A stretch of DNA of 64,000 nt, taken from NCBI GenBank assembly GCA_000091205.1, contig AP006502.2, one strand, 5' to 3'. This document shows, in pieces, positions 1 through 11,931 of this stretch. A program made the position numbers and the translations under genes. The notes beneath the pieces are model-generated. The model was not told the DNA's origin. It did not search any database and saw only the letters and a program-made list of their open reading frames with translations. Source of the DNA: Cyanidioschyzon merolae. Taxonomy: Eukaryota. Numbering within the stretch: position 1 is the first letter of the stretch; each line of letters opens with the position of its first letter.

Positions 1-3000
1 GGCTCCAGCGGCACGCCACCAGTCGTGGTGTGGGTCAGCGCGTCGGTGCCTCGCGCCTCGGGTGTCCCACCGGTCTGCGTGTTCTCAAGCAAATAAAAAA
101 GGGCATCACCGCACCCTTGCAGTGAAGCTAACAGCGTCAGAACATATTTCTCTTTCGGGGCGGTGTACTTGGGCTTGCTCGCTTTGAGAACCGCTGCCTC
201 GACGTCAGAGGAAAACGCCGCGGAGATCTTGCGTGTCAGTCTCTTCGTCGTATTCCCCAGCGTCGTTGCTTGAAGCGGCTTCCCCGGTGCCGACGTTCTG
301 GTCCAATCGGACACCTCGCTTCCTGACGGAACAGGAGCCCTGCCCGGGTGCGTAGAAGCGCTCGTGCCAGTGAGGTCACCGGGTGGTAAACCTGCTCGCA
401 GCGCCCTATCAGTTGTTTCACTCGTTGTACCCAAGTTTTTCCGAGGTGTCACTGAGTTCTTTTCGTATTGTACGTTCATGAAGAAAACTCGTGTAGCTCG
501 CAGCTTCACCGTGCCCTGCTTCTGTTCGAAGGAGAAAATATGGAATTCATGCCGTTTTTGGCATCGACGCGCGCCTATACGGCGCTGCTCCGGCACAGCT
601 GATGCGACATGGTCGTATCTTCTATAAAAGGTAAGTTTTGAATCTATTTTGACAGATTTATCTAGCCGATGCGCATCCGTGACGCACATCGTCATGGCAG
701 TCATAGGACCTGCGCCTGGAGATACCATCTCGGACGCTGCTTCTGTCTATCCAGTACGCGCAGGTGCCTGGAGCCATGGATATGACTTGCTAGCGCTGAT
801 CCTCTTCTAGTTGCAGGCTGCACGAGTTGGTATGATGTCACGCGTGACGCCGCGTCCCGCAAGGTGTCTGCTGGACGGCACTGTCTGCGGGTAACGGGTA
901 TGGCGTGCTGCTACGGGTTGCTGTTACAGTGGACGCGCACCGCACAGGGGTTTTCAGTGCAGGTTTTGAGCGGGGCTCTGCGAATGCAAACACGAATGCT
1001 TGGGCGTCAGTGTGACTTGGCGTCACGTTCGTGCAGACCGAGCTTATCGGGAACGGGTGCACGATACACGCTGCCATTAGCTTCTGATCGCCCGGCGGAG
1101 GAGGTTGGTACGACGCAGTCTTGGTCGTTTCTCCTCAAGCCGTCGTTTCTTCTGAGGCACTTACTAAGACTCTTTACGGCTCGTCGGCATTCGTTTGGTG
1201 CAGCGGTAAAGCATCCAGGCGGCTTTTGGTGCACCAAGCGGTCCGTTTCGAGACTTGTTCACAGTGCGTTGCGCTTGTGACCGGGTTGCTTCGCATCCTT
1301 GGTCAATTGATATCGGAATATGTGTCACGCTTGTGTGGCCGCGCAACGACGTTGCCGGTTGATTGAAGACTCTCTTGACGGAGGCAAACATCGACGAGCG
1401 AGAAGTTTCCATTTGCTGCGATCGATTGCTTGAGTCTTTCGGAATCAAGCCTTGGTGTATATCTAGTTAATTCAGGCAATCGTGATCGCTATCTGCGAAA
1501 TTCCCGCTGTCTCGCCAACATCATCCGATTTGGGCTTCTGAGGCAGTGCGGGAACCATAGCAGTGGACGAACTTTGCGAATGGCCGTCCTCACGTCTGAG
1601 AACGACAAAGGAGTAACACCACACGCGTCAAGCATCCTAGCTGGAACTCTATGCAGTGTGGAACGATGTGGCATGCTCGCGAATACCGAATCATGGAAGA
1701 GCATTATCGTTTGTCCATTTTCTGAGCAAAGCGTTCCCGGTTTATGTATATTGGACTGCATCCTTGCTGGTTTGTTGATCATTCTGTACCAGAGGATTGC
1801 TCCGGGCGAGAAGAAGTTGTCCGGCGCTTGGCCACGTATCCCTTTTCATCAAAAGTCTTCAGCATTTTAGCAAAATGCACTTACTGATTGCTTAGAGATT
1901 TCCGCGAAAGTTCGCTCGACACAAAACCGCGGGACGTTTCGGATACATGTGAAATTTCCGAATGTTGTTTCCAAGGTGTTCGAGTCCTGGTGCGGAAAGT
2001 GCCTGCGCGCATAGTTGCTAGAGAAACCGCACCATCACAAGCCACTGAACTGCGTTTGCCTCATAATCTGTCATTCGGTGAGCTCACTGCACACCTTCCC
2101 GTGCACCTGTCTCTATTTCGTGCTCTGTCTCTGTGACGGTGTCAATGTACACCTGGAATCGTGGTGCATGTATGGCGCCCAGAATTTTTCGATAGGTAAC
2201 CTGCGGAATCGGGTACTGGAGTCGCCGTCATCGTCGTCCGCTCTCGTCCGAGCAGGAGTGCAGCCTGTGCGCGCTGGAGCACGTCCAGCCCAATACGATA
2301 CCAGGAAACGACGCGACGTATTGGTCATTTTCTTAGCCAGCACGTTGAACGCTTCGGCGAATACGCGTTTCGTGCTTCCGCGTTACCGAAGAAGTTCTCG
2401 ACCGCAGCGCGGTCTCATGGTTTTCTACCAAAGATCGTCCGCATGTGCGATTTCGACGCTCGTTTTCGCTTTGAATCAAGAATGCAATGCATCCGTCTTC
2501 GCTCAGTACGGTGCTCCGAGCGTCTAGATGGGCAATGAGTGCGCCTATCCGCTTGGTAATATGCCTGCTGGCGTCGTGCATGCGTGACTCCCGACAAAAT
2601 CCTGGCATGGAAAAGAAGAGCAGCATCATTTGCTTCCCGTTCAGATCTTCGGGTCCGTCCTCATGATTTAGAAGTACGACAACGGCCAAGACATCTTTCA
2701 ACTCAGGAGTTTTACGCTCTATCAAATCTTTCTCTTCATCTACCTGGATCAGTTGAACATGAGTTTCGTTGGTTTTCTTATAACTAGGTTTCATAAAGTG
2801 CATGCAGATAGATATTCCATCGTTCTCCATGGGCCATGTACATTGCTGTCGAGTTCCTCCCTGTAGATGAAGATCCTTGATAGAGCTCGTCGAATACGCT
2901 TTGGAAAGCGGTTTGAGTGCTTCGTATTTGGCCGCAGAGGCCATCCATCGTTCACTGGCAAGTCCATATAGTCAAGTACACAAATCTCGCTGGCGGTATC

Positions 3001-5623
3001 ATGGGCACTGTTCTCACACATACCGACAACATCGAATGGAGAACCTTGGGGAGGCTAGGGCGCCCGCATACTGCACTTAGATAGTCTGCTTTGCTCTGGG
3101 CAGCTATCATCAGAAACACGCAGCATCGCAAGGTGCAAGCAAGGTAGGCAAACATCATGTTTGATCCATCGTTTGGATGCCACGTCCGCCGATCCGAGGC
3201 CGCGAACAGTGCCATAAGCTCGGATGATCCGAAGCGACTTTCGCTCTTGTCACAACATGCCGTCCAAAGTCGCCACATTCTAGTTCCACCGCCGCCACTA
3301 GCCCATCATTTGCATGAATAGACATCCCGAAGATGCATTCCACCAATCCCCATTTTTCTGGACACGCGGCGTGATGCTACAACGTCTTCAGAGTATCCCA
3401 TGTGAGGCGTTCGATATTCACCGGCATGTAGTGTCTGAGGTTGATTTGATACTTTTTGGAACCTGTGCTCCAGATGCTCCGATCGCCCACGTCGCCCAGC
3501 TACGATTCAGGGGTGCTCCGGAAACCACCAGGGCTTTTCTTTGGTCATCGAATCTGGCAGTATGGCATCTTATTTCTAGGGCATCTTTTGCGTCCTCGCA
3601 AGGAATTGATTGAAAAATTTGCGAATAATCTGGATAGCGGGCAACTCTGGGCCCGGAACTCCCACCTGCAGTTGCTTGAACAGAGGCTTCAAGGCGAGGA
3701 AGTCTAGTAGAGCGTTCCGCGGATAAGCAGCTTCGCGATCTGGAATCGTATCCTGCGATCTTCGGCGTCATGATGTCGAACGACCCGTCTACGAGCTCCT
3801 GAGCCTCATACGGCATTCGATATCGGAGAAGACGCCTGTGGCTGAATTGTGCTATGGAGAATAGACTGGAGCGGAGAGCAGCTCAACGTCGATCCGAGCA
3901 ACGTGTTCCTTGACTACGCTCGAGTGACGAAATGCGACCTTGTCTGAAAGCATCATTGAGGAATTTGGATAGAGGAAGCCCCGAAAACTGCTTCAATGAA
4001 CGATGCAGTTTTGACGAATCCAATATCTTTTGCGATTCTGGAGGAGGACTATATGATTGCATATTAGCTAAGGCTGATGTTTGTCGTACGGCTCGCTTGT
4101 CGCTTCTTAACGAACACCGATCTGTATCGGTTTGGGAATCCATTTCCAGGACAAGCATCTCCCTTGGATGAGGTCTCATCGAGTGAGACGAAGACTCGTT
4201 CCTCCTGTGCTCATTTTCGCGTTCCAATTCGAAATCGATAGCGTGTTGATCAAAGCGCGATCATCAGTTATAGAAGCGTGCTTCTTTCTTTGTTCATCCG
4301 TGTCTTGCTATTACCGATCGTATCAAAGGCCCGGAAACTTTACATTCTATGGGTTATTTCATGGCCTTTCTTCGAGAATAAATGGAATGGAATGAACTGA
4401 TCAGGAGATCGTAGTGTCAACAGAGATTCATACCTTCCGTTTTTAACTTACGACAGGCAGAACAGGGACCAGGAAAAGTACGGTTTAGCTACCTGCTGAA
4501 GGTAGAACAAATTAATTGTAAGTGTCCGGGCATCTCCCACAAGCTAGCAGTGACAGCATAACGTCTCGTCGCGACATGTCCCCAACTGCAATGTACATTT
4601 CTTCTGTTGAATACATTCCATCATAAACAAACCAAAAGAAAAGTGCCTGCTAGTACAGGCATTCCAGAATGCTGTTCCCCAAGTACAATCGTGTTTGACG
4701 GTACGGCTGATAGCCACCACGCTCGCTGGGCATTCCACGACGCCGCAACAGGCATGCTGGTTTCGCAACGACACCTGTTAGCATGTCGATAACCAAACTG
4801 ACATGGTGAGGATATTTCAATAAAACATCAAAGCGTCTTACTTTGAAGGGAATACTGCCGGTTGTCCGGGGCGCTTTTCGTCCGAAAGGCTGCAAACTGT
4901 CCAGGTGCCAACCATCAAGGACGCAACGATGATTTCTTCCTACCCAATGCGTATACGACCGCGAAAGACGTGCTTCGATCCTCGCTAACCACGCACTGGA
5001 CCATGCCGTTCTGCATGAATCGGAGAAACACCGATGATCAAGAGAAGCTTGCCGCTAACCAGAATGGAGCCGGAGTAGCTCCTCGGGGAGCCACAAAAAG
5101 CACTGGGAACATGGGCACAATATAGTCCGGCTGGGTGACAAGATCACGTAATGTTCGGACACACACGGTATCGCGTGGCAACCGTGCCGCATCAAGTCCG
5201 ATATCGTCAAGAAGAACCTGTTTCCAAGTGCCTTGCTCCTCTGGAGGTAACAGGGAGCCACAAAACTCGTTATCCTGTACTCTTGTCAGGTCACGTAAGA
5301 GCGCTGGGTCGCCGACATCGACCAGCGTTCGGGTCCATTGCGTTGCATACCTGGCGTGCAGAAGTGCATCTCACTGGGCGGTTAGTTCTGTGTTCTGCAT
5401 ATCGCGGTGGTCACTCTACGAGCATCACAGTATACGTTTCGCTCTCAGACGGGTAAACGGCGTTTCGGGGTGCGAGGGCAACGCGCGTCGAAGCGCCCGT
5501 TGCAAAAGACTTGCGCAACGCATCACGGACCCGTTCTCTACTCACGGGTCAGATATGATCAAGTCCGTCATCCTCGAACGGGGTCCAGTTGGGCAGCATG
5601 CTCGCTGCCTGATGCGAAGAAAC

Positions 5624-6625
5624 TTACCAAAAAGCAACTCGATCGCAGCGATATCGTCCTTCTGGGTCGAAGGTTAACGCAGGCGGTCCCTCAACGGGTA
5701 ATAGATCAGAAAAGAGCGCTTGCAGCTCTGCGTCATCGTCAACGTTTTCGAAAAAATCGCTTTGTTGAACTAACGGGTACACCACCATGAACGGCCAGCT
5801 GAACTTGATGGACACAGTGCTTTCCGAATCAGGATTGGGCTCGTCCCGTGCCACGGGTACGGGTTTCGGTTGCCAGTTTGAGACTTTTTTCTGTTGCGCA
5901 AATAGCGGCATCCCGAGGCGAATTCGCTGGCGTTCTAGGGTATCGAGCAAGCGCTGACTCTGGTCGACTCGCTGCTGGAGCAGGGCGTCCTTCTCAGCGA
6001 GCAAGCGCTGGGCACGTACCATCTCCTCGGCGATTCGTTCTTCGAGACGCTGAAGCGCTCTGCGCTCGAGCACATGTTCCGGGGCTTTGGTGCGTTCCAA
6101 GCCCTGTTCGCAAAATGTTCGCGCTTCAGGCAGCTTGCCCAGAGCTAGAGCACACGCACTTGCCCGATAAAAGGCTTTCGGGTGTTCCAGACCGCACGAA
6201 CGGATACACTGCTGTGCATCATGCAGGCCTCGCGCATAGTTTCCAAGTCGTCGATGTACCTCCGCTCGGTTTAGGTAGAGTGCACCTCGAACGGTTGAGG
6301 AGACTCCTGGTAAAGCTAGTGCTTCCGTGTACGACGCCATCGCCTGATGGAACAACGCGTGAGCACGTTTTCGTAACGTCGCCACGCTTTGCTCACCGCC
6401 AGGGAGTGTTAAATCTGCACCGGGATCATTTCCGCGGTCGAGTAGACGGCAGCCAAGGCGGTATCTCTGGTTGCCACGTTGACGCAAAAGCTCGGCCTGC
6501 TCATCAGCGGTCTCGTCGCCTTGTATCAGACGTCGCAGGGCCGAGTCAGCCGGAAGCTCTTCAGCGTTCTCAGCAAAAAGGTCTGGAAGTAGATCGTTAT
6601 TCTCGGAAAACGAGTGCTCTTTCAT
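5624..6625 (-). CDS. TTC4: TPR-repeat co-chaperone, TTC4/Cns1-like
   Basis: 333-aa ORF. The TPR region ALYLNRAEVHRRLGNYARGLHDAQQCIRSCGLEHPKAFYRASACALALGKLPEARTFCEQGLE aligns with human TTC4 (LYTNRAAAQYYLGNFRSALNDV...AIIRGALCHLELKHFAEAVNWCDEGLQ). The C-terminal block VSIKFSWPFMVVYPLVQQSDFFENVDDDAELQALF matches the TTC4/Cns1 C-terminal domain (RLSWPVLFLYPEYAQSDFISAFHED). Homology was recalled from memory, not searched. Confidence 0.7.
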   Translation of the reverse strand: MKEHSFSENNDLLPDLFAENAEELPADSALRRLIQGDETADEQAELLRQRGNQRYRLGCRLLDRGNDPGADLTLPGGEQSVATLRKRAHALFHQAMASYTEALALPGVSSTVRGALYLNRAEVHRRLGNYARGLHDAQQCIRSCGLEHPKAFYRASACALALGKLPEARTFCEQGLERTKAPEHVLERRALQRLEERIAEEMVRAQRLLAEKDALLQQRVDQSQRLLDTLERQRIRLGMPLFAQQKKVSNWQPKPVPVARDEPNPDSESTVSIKFSWPFMVVYPLVQQSDFFENVDDDAELQALFSDLLPVEGPPALTFDPEGRYRCDRVAFW

Positions 6626-8232
6626 GGACGTTCTCGGATGCCGAACGCTCCGAAGCCGGCCGCCGCCGTGCAGCTGTAGTTGCTGAACCTCACGGATACC
6701 GAGCGGTTACGCTGCACCGCCTTTTTTGACGCGTTCTGAAACCCTCTTTCGCTTTACAAACCGCTGAATTATCGCCAACCCACTTTATGGCACTTGTCAA
6801 TGCCGCAACTAAAGCCGCTCGGCACGAAGATCCGACTCCCTATCCCTACACAGTACGTATCAAGGGGTGCAGGGAATACCAGCGGATCGAAATTGTCGCT
6901 CAGCGGCTGGCGATGCATTGCTGCAGCGGCGCGAGCGCCCAGCTTCGTACGGGCGCGCTCATGTGATTCTCCCGAGTGCGCCTTCATTGAGGCCGGTGCA
7001 CGACGAGCAGTCCCTGCAACGAATGCGACGAGCATTTTCCAGTATCAGCAACGACTATGATACCAGGAGTACGTGTTCGACTCCCGATCAAGGTCTGACA
7101 CGGTGAAGCGACACCGACGCTGCGCGCTTTACAAACTACACTAGTGTTTATTCAGCTAGTCCACATTTGTACAAGATTCAAGCAATTTGTTGCGGAAGAA
7201 AGATTTTTGTGTGTGCCTCAAAAAAGATTGCACCTCATATCAATGAGACAAATGCTAAGGTATCACCCGGGAGCTGGGATAGTCGTTGAACCACTGCAAT
7301 CAGTGTCTGGTTTCATGACGTGTTCACCTGAAGCGGCGATCAGCGTTCGTTTCGCATGCGGTCTCGGATACCTGCACCAAGGCAATCGTGGCAAGCATTT
7401 GTTTATTCTGTTTTATAGCTGGGAAGGAGAGATTTGGGAACGATTTTCCCACAACGAGCAGCATCGCATGGGTTGCATCAGTGTGCTCCAAATGAACCAG
7501 AGGCTATGAGAATGCTTTGTTTCCGAGTGGATAGAGTCAACGGCGACCTTGTATGCTGCTGCTTACCTGTACCCCAAAGTAGCCGAATGCCAGCGCAAAA
7601 GCCTGCTGGACTGTCTGCGTGCGATGTTTCACATGCATGTAAGCGTATCCATAGAACCTGGCACACATACGCCTTGTGGAGGTACCCGCAAGGGCCCCGC
7701 CACACTGTCCTGTTACCATTCGGCGACCGCGAAGGCAGCGCACCCAGGATCGAAGCAAGCGCCTAGGGCAGGCTCAGGGCTCGCCAATAGGTCGTTGAAG
7801 CTTTGATGACTCTGTCGAAGAGGGAAAATCTGGAACGAGCTTACAGAAGGTGTTAGCCTCTGCGCACGAACGGATATCTCTTGCTCGCATATCAGCAGCA
7901 GCACCAGCAGCAGCACTTGAACATACTGTAGCGTCTGTTCGAATCATCGAAACGTGTCCGGGATGCAGGATCCCATCAACGATCCTGGATATCCCCGACT
8001 GCGCAATGGGCATCGGTATCTGGGAAATCATCTATCCTTCCCCAAAGTACCTTTAAGAGATCCTCCACTCCATCACCAACGCTACCTCATCGTGCTACCT
8101 TGCTTGCTTTTCGCATCAACGATGCAGCGCGCTGGGCACCGACACGCCGGCCGCCGGCGTTCAATAGAGCTCCCCTAGGCTCGATATACGACCGCGTTGT
8201 GTTACGATTATTTTTTGCGTAGGTGAGTTTCC

Positions 8233-10494
8233 ATGAAACAATTCGCATTCGTGGAGCACGCTGCTTTCGTTTACCCGGCGCTTCGACACACTCCGCGTCC
8301 AGAGAAGACTTGGAGTGCTTCACTCGCGTGCGGTGCGATCCCAGGGAACACTGGTCAGGTTCCAGGCTCTCGGTTGTTGCCGCGCTGGAGACACCGTGGC
8401 CTCGGTCTGACAACCGGCGTACACAAACGCACTGCCAAATACCGATCTCACAGGGGTACAAGCTCCCTGCACTCCGCTCAAGAGAATGCGAACTCGGCAA
8501 AGCCACTAGAGCCCGTGAGCGAGCACCGGCCGCTGCGCATCATTTTGGCTGGCCCGCCGGCTTCTGGAAAGGGTACCCAAGCTGCTCTTTTAGTTGAACG
8601 GTATGGTCTCGTACATATATCTACAGGGGATATGCTTCGGGCTGCCGTCGAAGCGGGCAGTGAGCTGGGCCTCGCTGCCAAAAAGTACATGGACGCGGGG
8701 GAGCTTGTCCCCGACGAGCTTGTCATAGGGCTCATGCAACAGCGCATGGCTGCGCCTGATGTGCAGACAAGTGGTTGGCTCCTGGACGGCTTTCCTCGAA
8801 CCGCTGCGCAGATTGTAGCTATGGATGCGGCGGGTATCGAACCTGACCTGGTGATCAGCTTGGATGTGCCCTTCGAGATCCTCAAGGAGAGGGTCTCCGG
8901 TCGCCGGCTGGATCCGGAAACTGGTCGGATTTATCACCTGCGTTTCGATCCACCGCCAGCGTCGGACAAAGCCCTTTTAGATCGTCTCATCCAGCGTTCA
9001 GATGATGATGTGCAAAAGCTTGCCGTGAGGTTTGAGAACTACCGGGAGAACGTGGATGCGCTAAGGCAACGATATGGCGCGATTATGGCGGAGATCGACG
9101 GGCGTCGCTCAAAAGAGCAAGTCTTCGAAAATATTACCCGTGCAGTTGGCATGCTACGAATGCGACGTAGCTGGCAGATGAAGCGCTCGAGGCCGCCAAG
9201 AATCATCCTCCTTGGACCACCGTTATCGGGAGTGGAAAAGTACGCCGCGAGGCTCTGTAAAGATCTCGGCTGTATCCGCATCTCTACGGAACAAGTCATT
9301 CGAGATGCAGCAGCAGCAGAGCAGACGAGAACGGGTCTCATGATCCGGCAGCATTTGGAGAATAACGAGTTGGTGCCGGATCATCTGGTCGCTCATGTGC
9401 TTGGGAAGCGCCTCGCCGCCGCAGATGTGGAGCAACACGGATGGCTGCTCGACGATGTGCCGCGACGTATCATGAAAGCCAGTTCGCTACTGGATGCAGG
9501 TATCGAACCTGATCTCGTTTTGTTGCTCTATTTACCACATGAAGATCTGGAAGAACGAATGGTTCAACGTCTCTGGGACCCGGAAACCGGTCGCTACTTC
9601 CATGAGAAATATGATCCGCCCTCAGCAGATGATGCAGCCCTCAGAGCGCGATTGATTCACCGCACCGATGAGGATGAGAATCTGGCGCGATGGTTACTCG
9701 GAACGTACTACGTCGTAGAGTCAGAGCTTGAGGCTCAATACGCCGGTAGAATTGTTCAGATCGATGGGCTTGCCCCCGACGAGGAAATTTACAAGCAAAT
9801 GACAGCGGCAATAGAAGCGCGAGGGATTCCTCTGCTGTCCGACTTGACACGCGCCACCTTCGAGGACCTGGAACTCGGGAGTGCATTCATGGTGCTCTAC
9901 CGTGATCCCAAGCCCGCCACAATCCATGAAGTCCGTTGGCGAGGCAAAGGCGCATGGCCAGACCTTTTTACACGGCCACTGCTTGCGATTGGTGATCTGA
10001 TTGCGCTCTTGGTTGCGAGTAGCGTGTTGCGTCTGCTTTATGGCGGCAGACTCATCTTGGATGCGATCGTTTGGAAAACAGCTGCACCGTTTATCATTGT
10101 GTGGATCGTTGGCGCCCCGTACATAGACGCTTTCACGCAGAATGCCCTTCGAGATCGCCGGGAAGCTTTGCTATCTCTATTTCGAGCCTGGCGAGTCTGC
10201 ATGCCCTTTGCGGTCTTTGTTCGAGCGCAGTCCATGGGCTTCGCGCCACCTCTACATTTCATCGTCGCGTTGCTTCTGCTCACCTACGTATTCTTGGCTC
10301 TGTGGCGTCTCTGTTATGTCATTTTTCTACAGGGCGAGTATGATTCAGAGGGTAATAGGACGCTGAGCCTTCGGGATTTGGGGCCATGGCGTCGACCAGT
10401 CGACAGGGGGGCGCCCTATCCCGGCAGCGTTCGTTCCCAGACGCCTCCGTTGACCGACTCTTCATTGTTTCGCGAAACTCTAGGACCAACGTGA
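8233..10494 (+). CDS. Tandem adenylate kinase: one intact AK domain, one degenerate AK-like domain, then a hydrophobic C-terminal domain; the N-terminal ~100 aa resemble an organellar presequence
   Basis: Domain 1 has an intact P-loop (ILAGPPASGKGTQAALL), the NMP-binding motif (GWLLDGFPRTAAQ) and an LID region (GRRLDPETGRIYHLRFDPP). Domain 2 repeats the architecture, but its P-loop is GPPLSGVEKY (the Lys is lost) and DGFPR has become DDVPR. The C-terminal ~200 aa are strongly hydrophobic (LIALLVASSVLRLLYGG..., FIIVWIVGAPYIDAF..., FIVALLLLTYVFLALW) and probably form 3-4 TM helices. The N-terminus is rich in S, R and A. Confidence 0.8.
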   Translation: MKQFAFVEHAAFVYPALRHTPRPEKTWSASLACGAIPGNTGQVPGSRLLPRWRHRGLGLTTGVHKRTAKYRSHRGTSSLHSAQENANSAKPLEPVSEHRPLRIILAGPPASGKGTQAALLVERYGLVHISTGDMLRAAVEAGSELGLAAKKYMDAGELVPDELVIGLMQQRMAAPDVQTSGWLLDGFPRTAAQIVAMDAAGIEPDLVISLDVPFEILKERVSGRRLDPETGRIYHLRFDPPPASDKALLDRLIQRSDDDVQKLAVRFENYRENVDALRQRYGAIMAEIDGRRSKEQVFENITRAVGMLRMRRSWQMKRSRPPRIILLGPPLSGVEKYAARLCKDLGCIRISTEQVIRDAAAAEQTRTGLMIRQHLENNELVPDHLVAHVLGKRLAAADVEQHGWLLDDVPRRIMKASSLLDAGIEPDLVLLLYLPHEDLEERMVQRLWDPETGRYFHEKYDPPSADDAALRARLIHRTDEDENLARWLLGTYYVVESELEAQYAGRIVQIDGLAPDEEIYKQMTAAIEARGIPLLSDLTRATFEDLELGSAFMVLYRDPKPATIHEVRWRGKGAWPDLFTRPLLAIGDLIALLVASSVLRLLYGGRLILDAIVWKTAAPFIIVWIVGAPYIDAFTQNALRDRREALLSLFRAWRVCMPFAVFVRAQSMGFAPPLHFIVALLLLTYVFLALWRLCYVIFLQGEYDSEGNRTLSLRDLGPWRRPVDRGAPYPGSVRSQTPPLTDSSLFRETLGPT

Positions 10495-11931
10495 AGCTCG
10501 TGCGATCAAAGCAGCTCCGTCAGGGGGTTATCGAGGTGCTTGTGCGGGCGTGTTCCGTTGGTAAGCGCGGGACTATGCGGGTGCTTCAGCGGTGGCAGGT
10601 GGTTCACGCAGTGCTGTTCGCGTTCGCAAGCGCTCCACCCCGAGACCAGAGCGCCAGCAAAAGGCCTTGGGCGCCTCGAGCAACAAGCAGGCCAATGACC
10701 ACTAGCAGACTCGCATAAAGCGTGCAGTGAATGGGGTTGCAGTGTTCCGAGCGAGCCGCATTAAGTGTCAGCGTACTGAGAGCTTGAAGCGCGTTGCAGA
10801 TACGGTAGCGAGCAGCAACAACCAAGTACTCGACGTACTCCGAATAGAAGAGATTTCTGCCAGCTGCATCCGTCTAGCAGCGTTCGTATAACGACCTGTC
10901 AAGCAGCTGTTCTGCCGCCGACCTGCTCAGCAACGAGCAAAGCGTTTTGGATGACCTGTTCCGCAACGATATTTCAATGACACTGGGCTTTTTAGGAGTC
11001 GTTCGAGCCTTTATTTGTGGAAGCGGGTAAGCAGAATCGCGGCACCAAATTGCACGTTTACTTGAGCGCTCCTAGCCAGGCATGCTTTCTTCGAAATGAC
11101 GATAGACAACGAACGTTCCAATGATGCTTTGGTGCCGTCCAGAACAGGTCACTTTCGAAGCGTTTTCACACTCTTCGCTGGACTCGGCAGCAAATTTGCT
11201 GCTCTGTGATCCTGTTGCGTCCACGAGAGCGCCCGGCGGCGGAACTTTCACCCAGGCTCACAACCTGCGATTCAGGTTGGTAGTCACATTCTTTTCCGTT
11301 GACCTCCTGCTGCATCGTCGCAACAGCGGTGGATGTTCCTCTAAGCAAGCCAACCTGCCTGCGCAGATGCGAGCACGCGCTACGTCCAAGGTCCATAGAC
11401 ACCGTATCGTGCGAAATGCTCTCGTCTGAAACGAGCCGGGCGCTTTCGTTGCGCAGGCTCCCAACTGGAGTACGCTGCTGCAGCGTAGCGCTCATAAGCG
11501 CGCGATTCCCTCAGAGTGAACACGCTGCACATGCGCAAAACCTTCGACAAGCGCCGAATCCGACTACGGATCAACGACGATAGGTGGAAAACGCATCCAT
11601 AGTGAAGTCGTCTTTGGAAATGATCTGTTTTGGTATCGAGGTGAGCGTCGCGCTTCCTATCAAGTTCGCTACGATGAGAAACGGTTGCTGCCACGAGCGG
11701 GAGCATGCGCTCCTGGACGTTGCCCGGGATACTGCCAGCATGGTCGCAAGAGCACCGTTCTAGGTCTGCCTTCTTTGCACCTATCCAGAACTTGTCAGTT
11801 CATCAGAAATACTGCTTTGAGTGACGTGTGCAGTGCTGGACAATAGCACCAGGGCGCCCGATGCTCCCCAGAAGATGCACCCGGGCTGCCTCCATAGCAT
11901 CTATCCAGAACGTGCCAAGTCGTCAGGGACA

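Noticed and set aside
5848-6729. 293-aa plus-strand ORF, and 5135..5677 (+)
   Set aside because: They lie antisense to and fully inside the well-supported TTC4-like gene. They are Arg/Ala/Ser-rich, as expected for out-of-frame GC-rich ORFs, and no motif is recognisable.
7000-7090. Possible tRNA (GTTCGACTCC-like T-loop at about 7068-7080)
   Set aside because: The upstream 60 nt lack a D-arm (GG..TAGTGG-type) and acceptor-stem complementarity, so it is not a credible tRNA.
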